A stretch of 60,110 nt of DNA. It comes from a virus. Taxonomy: Duplodnaviria; Caudoviricetes. The stretch's first letter is position 1. Each line of letters opens with the position of its first letter. Below the pieces are notes generated by a model. That model made no database searches. It saw nothing but the letters and a program-made list of their open reading frames with translations, and was not told the origin of the DNA. The DNA lies in IMG/VR virus record IMGVR_UViG_3300008110_000109, positions 1-60,110 of that record; one strand, written 5' to 3'. This document shows positions 1 to 5,770 of this stretch, piece after piece. The translations under genes were made by a program, and so were the position numbers.

Positions 1-32
1 AGGTGTCAGTTCGAATCTGACGCTGTGGACCA
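1..32 (+). tRNA. 3' part of a tRNA truncated by the window edge
   Basis: T-arm GTCAG-TTCGAAT-CTGAC, acceptor 3' strand, CCA. Confidence 0.85.
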
Positions 33-35
33 TAT

Positions 36-110
36 GGGGGTATAATTCAACGGCTAGAATATCCGGCTTTTAACCGGTCTATCAGGGTTCGATTCCCTGT
101 GCCCCTACCA
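36..110 (+). tRNA. tRNA-Lys(TTT)
   Basis: Cloverleaf, anticodon loop CTTTTAA, encoded CCA. Confidence 0.95.
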
Positions 111-330
111 TAAGAATGACAATTTGATGTCAGCAAGTGAAAGACACGATAGCAAGTTACTTCGAAGGACGAACTATTGTAGAGCAGAGAGCGGGGTCAG
201 TTCCCGTCATAGAGCATAATGGAATGCACTGGTCAAGTATCCCAAGTGACGTACCGAGTCCCGCTCGAGCTTGTTACACGGGTGAATGGTTCCTATAACG
301 ATGGGGGAACATTCAAGTTGTCATCCTTAT
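110..330 (+). ncRNA. Unassigned structured RNA filling the space between two tRNAs
   Basis: Terminal stem ATAAGAATGACAATTTGATGT / ACATTCAAGTTGTCATCCTTAT; internal GAGCGGG/CCCGCTC and GTTCC/GGAAC pairings; no convincing ORF. Confidence 0.6.
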
Positions 331-405
331 GGTAATGTAGCATAACGGTAGTGCAACACCTTCATACGGTGCCCAGTGAAAGTTCGACTCTTTCCATTAC
401 CACCA
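331..405 (+). tRNA. tRNA with CAT anticodon (elongator Met or Ile2)
   Basis: Cloverleaf, loop TTCATAC, CCA. Confidence 0.9.
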
Positions 406-411
406 ATCAAT

Positions 412-485
412 GTATCCCTGATGTAATGGCAGCATAGCGGTCTCCAAAACCGTTTGTCAAGGTTCGAGTCCTTGGGGGTATGCCA
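412..485 (+). tRNA. tRNA-Trp(CCA)
   Basis: Loop CTCCAAA, CCA end. Confidence 0.93.
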
Positions 486-489
486 ATTT

Positions 490-565
490 GCCTGTTTAGC
501 TCAATCGGGAGAGCATCGTCTTGATAAGGCGGAGGTACCAGGATCGAAACCTGGAACAGGCACCA
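490..565 (+). tRNA. tRNA-Ile(GAT)
   Basis: Loop TTGATAA, CCA end. Confidence 0.95.
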
Positions 566-570
566 GTTTA

Positions 571-625
571 AGGATACTAACAGCAACTTTTAACTTTTTT
601 TGGTATAAAAGAAAAATGTATCCTG
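571..625 (+). ncRNA. ACAGCAA-stem RNA copy 1 (putative Y-like RNA)
   Basis: AGGATAC-TA-ACAGCAA...GTATCCTG; internal CTTTT/AAAAG hairpin with loop TTTGGTAT. Confidence 0.7.
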
Positions 626-634
626 TTTTATTAT

Positions 635-708
635 TCCCGGATAGTGTAGTGGTAACACAACAGACTTTGACTCTGCTATTGTAGGTTCGATTCCTACTCC
701 GGGTGCCA
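635..708 (+). tRNA. tRNA-Gln(TTG)
   Basis: Loop CTTTGAC, CCA end. Confidence 0.93.
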
Positions 709-713
709 GTTTT

Positions 714-788
714 GGATGTTTAGCTCAGGGGTAGAGCACCACGTCGACACCGTGAAGGTCAGTGGTTCAATCCCACTAACATCCACCA
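714..788 (+). tRNA. tRNA-Val(GAC)
   Basis: Loop TCGACAC (C at position 33), CCA end. Confidence 0.9.
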
Positions 789-793
789 AGTCA

Positions 794-910
794 AGGATAC
801 TAACAGCAAAACCCTTTTCGCCTTATAAGCGAGTGGTAGTTGGTTCGAATCCAACATTAGGCTTCAAGCCTGATTAGCTCATTTGGTAGAGCACTTTAAA
901 ATGTATCCTG
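794..910 (+). ncRNA. ACAGCAA-stem RNA copy 2 enclosing a circularly permuted tRNA-Ile(TAT) (817-893)
   Basis: AGGATAC/GTATCCT stem; inside, in order: anticodon arm, T-arm, acceptor 3' strand, TTCAA linker, acceptor 5' strand, D-arm. Confidence 0.85.
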
Positions 911-919
911 TTTTTCTAT

Positions 920-995
920 GGTGTTAGTAGTGTAGTGGTCTGCACATTGCTCTGTGAAAGCGATAGTATGGGATCGTTCCCCATCTAACACCCCA
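920..995 (+). tRNA. tRNA-His(GTG)
   Basis: Loop CTGTGAA, G-1:C73, CCA. Confidence 0.93.
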
Positions 996-1001
996 ATCAT
1001 T

Positions 1002-1077
1002 GCCGCTTTAGCTGATGTGGTCATAGCACCGGTTTGAAGCACCGAGGAATGAGGTTCGATCCCTCAAGGCGGCACCA
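1002..1077 (+). tRNA. tRNA-Phe(GAA)
   Basis: Loop TTGAAGC, CCA. Confidence 0.92.
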
Positions 1078-1082
1078 AATAT

Positions 1083-1158
1083 ATCCCTGTGGTGAAATAG
1101 GAAATCATCTAACCCTGCGAAGGTTAAGTCTCAGGTTCGACTCCTGATGGGGATGCCA
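1083..1158 (+). tRNA. tRNA-Arg(GCG)
   Basis: Loop CTGCGAA, CCA. Confidence 0.9.
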
Positions 1159-1163
1159 GTTTA

Positions 1164-1224
1164 AGGATGTTAACAGCAAATTTTATACACTAGACTTTTA
1201 ATCTAACCAGTAAAATACATCCTG
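1164..1224 (+). ncRNA. ACAGCAA-stem RNA copy 3 carrying a Lys(TTT)-type anticodon stem-loop
   Basis: AGGATGT/ACATCCT stem; internal TAGA-CTTTTAA-TCTA hairpin (1191-1205). Confidence 0.75.
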
Positions 1225-1232
1225 TTTTATTT

Positions 1233-1310
1233 GCCCGTGTAGGCCAATTGGTAGAGTCGGCAGATTTAAAATCTGTAAAGGTGTGGGTTCGAATCCCACG
1301 ACGGGCACCA
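1233..1310 (+). tRNA. tRNA-Leu(TAA), short variable loop
   Basis: Loop TTTAAAA, CCA. Confidence 0.9.
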
Positions 1311-1312
1311 AG

Positions 1313-1389
1313 GCCCTTGTAGCCGAATTGGTATAGGCACCACGTTGAGGTCGTGGGTTCTGGAGGTTCGAGTCCTCTCAAGGGCACCA
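1313..1389 (+). tRNA. tRNA-Leu(GAG), short variable loop
   Basis: Loop TTGAGGT, CCA. Confidence 0.9.
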
Positions 1390-1390
1390 G

Positions 1391-2116
1391 TTATTTTTTT
1401 GGCATATGAGCGTTAGGATCTTCTATCAACGACAGTACAAGAGTAACAAACTTACTGTTAGATATTACACCGTCATGTGCCAAATCTCGTGCTTTATCCC
1501 ACTGTGGGATATCATCAGAACTGACATATCGAAATTTTGCTCTATTTTGTTTACAAATTTCAGAAAGAGCTAGCGTATTTTTTTGAAAATTTAACACTGA
1601 ATTACTATCTACTAACAGCCAATCATTATACCATCTTTGCCATTGCACTGGTATTTTTTGACCCGTTGAAAGAAATTGTATATTTCGAGAACGTGAAATA
1701 ATTTCTATTCGACTGGAATCTGGCTGTAATAAGAAAACAATCTTTGGTTTTAATTTTGGTATCCAGTGATATCCAAGTCTAAAGGCGGTGTCATTAGTGC
1801 CTCCTCCTTGCCCAAGATTTATGCAGCGAAGATTAAGTTCTTTGCTTACTAGATGTCCCCATGTATCCTCTATATTAATACCAATTCCAAGAGTATGGCT
1901 ACATCCTAGAAACATTATGCTTGGTTTATTTTCAAATGACGGACAGCGAAAGCCGTGTTCGTTAAACGTGTAAGATACTTTATTATCTATCCAACCAAAT
2001 TTGTCGAGATCGTCTCGTCGTGTTTTTAGATTAAGTTCGTATAGTTCTTGAGTGTCCATTGGACACCAATCTATAGTAGTATTAGCATGATCTTTGTATA
2101 TAGAGTCATAATTCAT
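1391..2116 (-). CDS. SGNH/GDSL-like hydrolase-fold protein (paralog of 46728-47480)
   Basis: FLGCSHT, NLGQGG and C-terminal DLAHDG motifs. Confidence 0.6.
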   Translation of the reverse strand: MNYDSIYKDHANTTIDWCPMDTQELYELNLKTRRDDLDKFGWIDNKVSYTFNEHGFRCPSFENKPSIMFLGCSHTLGIGINIEDTWGHLVSKELNLRCINLGQGGGTNDTAFRLGYHWIPKLKPKIVFLLQPDSSRIEIISRSRNIQFLSTGQKIPVQWQRWYNDWLLVDSNSVLNFQKNTLALSEICKQNRAKFRYVSSDDIPQWDKARDLAHDGVISNSKFVTLVLSLIEDPNAHMPKK

Positions 2117-2139
2117 GAGATATTTATTTGTGTTTTATT

Positions 2140-2212
2140 GCCTCTGCCAATGGATTGGGAGCAGGTCTTCTAAACCAGCTATCTGAGGGTTCGAATCCTT
2201 CCAGAGGCACCA
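2140..2212 (+). tRNA. tRNA-Arg(TCT), atypical D-arm
   Basis: GCCTCTG/CAGAGGC acceptor, loop CTTCTAA, T-arm, CCA. Confidence 0.8.
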
Positions 2213-2213
2213 T

Positions 2214-2291
2214 ACCCCTATGGACAAATTGGTAAAGTCGGCTCTCTCAAAAGGAGCAGTTCTCTCCGTTCGAATCGGAGTAGGGGTACCA
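2214..2291 (+). tRNA. tRNA-Leu(CAA), short variable loop
   Basis: Loop CTCAAAA, CCA. Confidence 0.9.
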
Positions 2292-2292
2292 T

Positions 2293-2366
2293 GCTCTTGT
2301 AGTACAAAGGTAGTACACTACATTGGTAATGTAGAGACGGTGGATCGATACCACCCTGGAGCACCA
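2293..2366 (+). tRNA. tRNA-Thr(GGT)
   Basis: Loop TTGGTAA, CCA. Confidence 0.93.
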
Positions 2367-2373
2367 AATTGCA

Positions 2374-2402
2374 TTGACAGCAACGGAGTTTAAGTATATA
2401 AT
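2374..2402 (+). promoter_or_regulatory. sigma70-type promoter
   Basis: TTGACA-17 nt-TATAAT, perfect consensus. Confidence 0.9.
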
Positions 2403-2441
2403 TGATACTTAAACGTTCATTAACAATTTAAAAGACCATGT

Positions 2442-2517
2442 GCTCGGTTCGTCTATCGGTCTAGGACACCGCCCTTTCACGGCGGGAAGAGGGGTTCGAT
2501 TCCCCTACCGAGTACCA
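2442..2517 (+). tRNA. tRNA-Glu(TTC)
   Basis: Loop CTTTCAC, CCA. Confidence 0.95.
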
Positions 2518-2682
2518 TTAAAAAATAGTATTAGCGGGAATCGTCTGTGGACGCACAGTCTCATGAAGAATAGGGCCATCTTGCTCTTCTGATAAAACCG
2601 CGGACAATGGCTTATGAGGAGAATCGAACTCCACTCAGAAATTTGTTCCGTCCTATAAGGGGTAATGCTATTTTTTAATGGT
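2514..2682 (+). ncRNA. Unassigned structured RNA between tRNA-Glu and tRNA-Ser
   Basis: 20-bp terminal stem ACCATTAAAAAATAGTATTA / TAATGCTATTTTTTAATGGT enclosing a GC-richer core. Confidence 0.55.
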
Positions 2683-2687
2683 TATAT

Positions 2688-2777
2688 GGAAGCTTGGCAG
2701 AGTCCGGTTTATTGCAACAGTCTTGAAAACTGTCGGTCCGAAAGGGTCCGTGAGTTCGAATCTCACAGCTTCCACCA
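2688..2777 (+). tRNA. tRNA-Ser(TGA)
   Basis: Loop CTTGAAA, long variable arm, CCA. Confidence 0.95.
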
Positions 2778-2789
2778 AATAAATAACTC

Positions 2790-3437
2790 ATGTCAAAAAA
2801 GATTTTAATATCAGGTTGTAGTCATGTATTCGGACACGGTTTTGATGACAGTCTAGATGGAAAATTTCCCAGCCAGTATGCTTGGCCGCATATGATACAA
2901 CAAAATTTTGACTGTGAGACAATCAATTTAAGTTCACCAGGTAGTAGTCCTATTTCCTGTATAGAAGGCATTCAAAATTTTAAAAATAAAAAAGAATTAA
3001 GTGCAATTATGATTATATTGCCAGGATCTAATCGTTATCTTTATCGAACATTAGACCAGAATTCTAATCCGCAAGATGTTTATTATACAGCATACGGACA
3101 AATAAATTCTAATTGGGATAGAGTATTAGAAAAATATTATAGAGTTTGCCATAATTGGAGAACTAGTGATATAAATTTTATTTCTTATGCAGGTTACCTG
3201 CAACACCTATCTGTTTCTCACAAAATACCTTTATGGTTAGGTACAGTTCTTGATGAAGATCATACTTTGCTTAAAAGACACGGATTAAATTTAAACTTTA
3301 GTCCTAGTTGGGAAACATATTGCCAAACTCGAAATTTTGATAGACTAGCCGATGGGCATTACGGTCACAATGCTCACAAGACATTCTTCAGTGAGTTTGT
3401 CAGTCCTTGGTTAGAAAAAAAGTTTTCGCCCCTGTAG
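2790..3437 (+). CDS. SGNH/GDSL-like hydrolase-fold protein
   Basis: SGCSHVFG, NLSSPGSS, DGHYG motifs. Confidence 0.6.
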   Translation: MSKKILISGCSHVFGHGFDDSLDGKFPSQYAWPHMIQQNFDCETINLSSPGSSPISCIEGIQNFKNKKELSAIMIILPGSNRYLYRTLDQNSNPQDVYYTAYGQINSNWDRVLEKYYRVCHNWRTSDINFISYAGYLQHLSVSHKIPLWLGTVLDEDHTLLKRHGLNLNFSPSWETYCQTRNFDRLADGHYGHNAHKTFFSEFVSPWLEKKFSPL

Positions 3438-3526
3438 CTTAATGGTAAAGACGCGAGCTTATACCTCGCCAAAGCACAGGCCAGATAAGCCTGAGTGTGC
3501 AGGTTCGACTCCTGCCAGGGGCACCA
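3428..3526 (+). tRNA. tRNA-Ile(TAT) with a 29-nt extra arm ending in a GAT-centred 7-nt loop
   Basis: GCGAG-CTTATAC-CTCGC anticodon arm; extra arm CAGGC-CAGATAA-GCCTG; T-arm; CCA. Confidence 0.85.
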
Positions 3527-3718
3527 TTAACGTTTTTTTATTTTGCGACGAATAGCTAGATGAACATCGCTTTCGTCACGTGCAAGACTAGCAAGTAGTC
3601 CTGTAAGGAATCCACGTTCCCAGAGTATTCGTTCGCTCGTAGAGCTGAACTTTTTACCACGTGCTGCCTCTGATAGCATGTAGTTAACAAGATCAACGAA
3701 TTTCTGTTCTGGTTCCAT
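3527..3718 (-). CDS. Hypothetical protein (63 aa, likely start MEPEQ)
   Basis: Fills inter-tRNA gap; TAAATA 5 nt upstream of ATG. Confidence 0.6.
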   Translation of the reverse strand: MEPEQKFVDLVNYMLSEAARGKKFSSTSERILWERGFLTGLLASLARDESDVHLAIRRKIKKR

Positions 3719-3747
3719 ATAATTATTTAATAGATAAGTAAGATTAT

Positions 3748-3831
3748 GCCCTGGTGGCGGAATTGGTAGACGCACTGGATTTAGGTTCCAGCGCCTAAAG
3801 CGTGGGGGTTCGAGTCCCCCCTAGGGCACCA
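3748..3831 (+). tRNA. tRNA-Leu(TAG)
   Basis: Loop TTTAGGT, long variable arm, CCA. Confidence 0.95.
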
Positions 3832-3837
3832 CACAAC

Positions 3838-3912
3838 GCAGGATTAATTCAGTGGTAGAATGTCTCGTTGCCAACGAGAATGTCAGGAGTTCGACCCTCC
3901 TATCCTGCTCCA
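3838..3912 (+). tRNA. tRNA-Gly(GCC)
   Basis: Loop TTGCCAA, U73, CCA. Confidence 0.95.
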
Positions 3913-3913
3913 A

Positions 3914-4000
3914 ATAATAAAGCACACTTTGCCAAACTATAGGTTTGGTTGTAAGGACTTCACACCACCGTAGAGAAAAGTGATGAGTGTGCTTTACTAT
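3914..4000 (+). ncRNA. Unassigned structured RNA between tRNA-Gly and tRNA-Arg
   Basis: Terminal stem ATAATAAAGCACACTT / GAGTGTGCTTTACTAT; internal GCCAAAC/GTTTGGT hairpin. Confidence 0.55.
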
Positions 4001-4075
4001 CGGGCTTTGGTGAAATGGATATCATTTCGGTCTTCGAAACCGACGGTGGGAGTTCGATCCTCTCAAGCCCGGCCA
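4001..4075 (+). tRNA. tRNA-Arg(TCG)
   Basis: Loop CTTCGAA, CCA. Confidence 0.92.
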
Positions 4076-4082
4076 AAAATAG

Positions 4083-4111
4083 TTGACACAGTCTAGGCTA
4101 GAATGTATAAT
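4083..4111 (+). promoter_or_regulatory. sigma70-type promoter
   Basis: TTGACA-17 nt-TATAAT. Confidence 0.9.
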
Positions 4112-4117
4112 TACGTT

Positions 4118-4226
4118 GTAGCCGTAAGCAAATAGGCAAAGCTCCCGCTATGCTCATAGCATAGGTCAGGGGACGGGTCGGGATATAATCCAGGATTCCA
4201 TGGAGGTTCGAAGCCTCCCGGCTACA
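4118..4226 (+). ncRNA. tRNA-like RNA with expanded anticodon/variable region, no encoded CCA
   Basis: GTAGCCG/CGGCTAC acceptor, D-like arm, T-arm GGAGG-TTCGAAG-CCTCC, 58-nt middle with hairpin CTATG-CTCATAG-CATAG. Confidence 0.7.
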
Positions 4227-4235
4227 TAAGATATA

Positions 4236-4330
4236 GGAAGGTTGGCTGAGAGGCTGAAGGCAGCGGTTTGCTAAACCGTCGATCGTAATGAACTTGCGGT
4301 CCAAGGGTTCGAATCCCTTATCTTCCACCA
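4236..4330 (+). tRNA. tRNA-Ser(GCT)
   Basis: Loop TTGCTAA, long variable arm, CCA. Confidence 0.95.
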
Positions 4331-4338
4331 AAATTTGT

Positions 4339-4414
4339 TCCCTAGTAGCTCAGTCGGTAGAGTAGCAGACTGTTAATCTGTTGGTCACACGTTCGAACCG
4401 TGTCTGGGGAGCCA
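4339..4414 (+). tRNA. tRNA-Asn(GTT)
   Basis: Loop CTGTTAA, CCA. Confidence 0.95.
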
Positions 4415-4434
4415 ATATTTAAAAGGAAATTAAA

Positions 4435-4560
4435 ATGGCAGTAAAAGGTCAAAGCACACATAAGAGAGTACATAAGAATACTTGTCAGAATGGCAGTAAG
4501 TCTAGTACTGTAAACAAAGGCCGTAAAGGTGTTAAGCGTTATAGAGGACAAGGCAGATGA
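4435..4560 (+). CDS. Small basic protein (41 aa) ending KRYRGQGR; not in ORF track
   Basis: AAGGA RBS; MAVKGQSTHKRVHK...KGVKRYRGQGR. Confidence 0.7.
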   Translation: MAVKGQSTHKRVHKNTCQNGSKSSTVNKGRKGVKRYRGQGR

Positions 4561-4721
4561 GCCCATCAACAGAACAGATGAAACAAGGTACCTGCGGGTG
4601 CGGTCGATCACCAACTGGTGACTGCTGTGGGTGGCACGGTCTTACCGAAGAACAATATCAACAGCGTAAAGAACTTTACGAAACAGGTAAAGCAGATCTA
4701 CAAGGTCGAGATATTAAATAA
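4557..4721 (+). CDS. Small CDGSH-like Fe-S/zinc-finger protein (54 aa); not in ORF track
   Basis: ATGA overlap with upstream ORF; CGCGRSPTGDCCGWH resembles CxCxxS...CDGSH. Confidence 0.65.
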   Translation: MSPSTEQMKQGTCGCGRSPTGDCCGWHGLTEEQYQQRKELYETGKADLQGRDIK

Positions 4722-4726
4722 ACAAT

Positions 4727-4802
4727 GGGGGTATAGCTCAGCTGGGAGAGCAGTAGCTTTGCAAGCTAAAGGTCATCGGTTCGATCCCGTTTACCTCCAC
4801 CA
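4727..4802 (+). tRNA. tRNA-Ala(TGC)
   Basis: Loop TTTGCAA, G3:U70, CCA. Confidence 0.95.
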
Positions 4803-4809
4803 AAATATG

Positions 4810-4839
4810 TTGACAGTGAAGTAGAAATTACTATATAAT
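4810..4839 (+). promoter_or_regulatory. sigma70-type promoter
   Basis: TTGACA-18 nt-TATAAT. Confidence 0.8.
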
Positions 4840-4857
4840 AGAAACAGTTAAAAATTT

Positions 4858-4931
4858 GCCCTTATAGTTAAATGGTATAACGACGGTTTTGTAATCCGTA
4901 ATTTGCAGTTCGATTCTGTGTAGGGGCACCA
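4858..4931 (+). tRNA. tRNA-Thr(TGT)
   Basis: Loop TTTGTAA, CCA. Confidence 0.93.
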
Positions 4932-5136
4932 AGAACCCCGGTTTACTCTTTTACGTCATATAAAGAGCGTCCCTGAAACGATAGAACAGGGGGTACAATA
5001 GGACCTGACCTTACAGTCACCGTTGGGGGATACTGAAAACTGCCTAGGGTGAGGACTAACAACCTTCCCAGAAGAAGAAATGTTATGGACAGAGTAACTG
5101 CTCAGTCTAGGGCTTGTTGTGGTGACGAGTAGCTAG

Positions 5137-5270
5137 ACACTTTATAAAAGCTCTTTGAGCGGCTACAATGGACAAACACTGAACTCAACTAGCCCGCGGC
5201 GTGTTGAGAGGTGCCATGAAGAGTAGGGCCGTCAAGGATTCAAGCGCCACAGAGAGCCTCTATAAAGTGT
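5137..5270 (+). ncRNA. Unassigned rod-like structured RNA abutting tRNA-Gly
   Basis: ACACTTTATA/TATAAAGTGT and GCTCTTTG/CAGAGAGC closing helices, internal CTCAAC/GTTGAG. Confidence 0.6.
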
Positions 5271-5344
5271 GCGGGGTTAGTTTAATGGTAAAACAGCAGA
5301 TTTCCAATCTTCGGTCGAGAGTTCGATTCTCTCACTCCGCTCCA
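5271..5344 (+). tRNA. tRNA-Gly(TCC)
   Basis: Loop TTTCCAA, CCA. Confidence 0.92.
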
Positions 5345-5351
5345 CATTTTA

Positions 5352-5426
5352 GGAAGTTTAGCTCAGCGGTAGAGCAGGATCCTTACACGGTCAAGGTCAA
5401 AGGTTCAATCCCTTTAACTTCCACCA
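5352..5426 (+). tRNA. tRNA-Val(TAC)
   Basis: Loop CTTACAC, CCA. Confidence 0.93.
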
Positions 5427-5445
5427 AAAATTTTTAAAGGTCTAT

Positions 5446-5670
5446 ATGTTAAAGAAATTAAGTCGTGGTACTGATATTGACACTGAACAATGTGTTGAAA
5501 ACGTAGGTGGTAATAGATTTAATCTAGTAATTATTGCCGCGGCAAGATCTCGTGAACTTTCACGTAAACATAAACATGCAGAACTTACTACGCAGATAAA
5601 TGCACCTGTTACTGCCTTGCTGGACATACAAGAAGGCAGAGTAGGTAAAGAGTATTTGAAAAAAGTGTAA
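5446..5670 (+). CDS. rpoZ: RNA polymerase omega subunit homolog
   Basis: GNRFNLVIIAAARSREL and PVTALLDIQEG match omega conserved regions. Confidence 0.85.
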   Translation: MLKKLSRGTDIDTEQCVENVGGNRFNLVIIAAARSRELSRKHKHAELTTQINAPVTALLDIQEGRVGKEYLKKV

Positions 5671-5679
5671 AGAATAATT

Positions 5680-5756
5680 CGGAGTGTAGCGCAGTCTGGT
5701 AGCGCACCTGGTTTGGGACCAGGGGGTCCAAGGTTCGAATCCTTGTACTCCGACCA
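5680..5756 (+). tRNA. tRNA-Pro(TGG)
   Basis: Loop TTTGGGA, CCA. Confidence 0.96.
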
Positions 5757-5770
5757 TTTAAGGATACAAT

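Noticed and set aside
2374-2384. ACAGCAA inside TTGACAGCAAC (also at 50074)
   Set aside because: Overlaps sigma70 -35 boxes and has no flanking 7-bp stem.
4933-5135. Hammerhead, twister or HDV-like (theta) ribozyme after tRNA-Thr
   Set aside because: Could not place the catalytic cores by eye; left unassigned pending a CM search.
5761-5770. AGGATACAAT as a seventh ACAGCAA-stem copy
   Set aside because: No ACAGCAA and no downstream GTATCCT; it is the RBS of the ORF at 5771.
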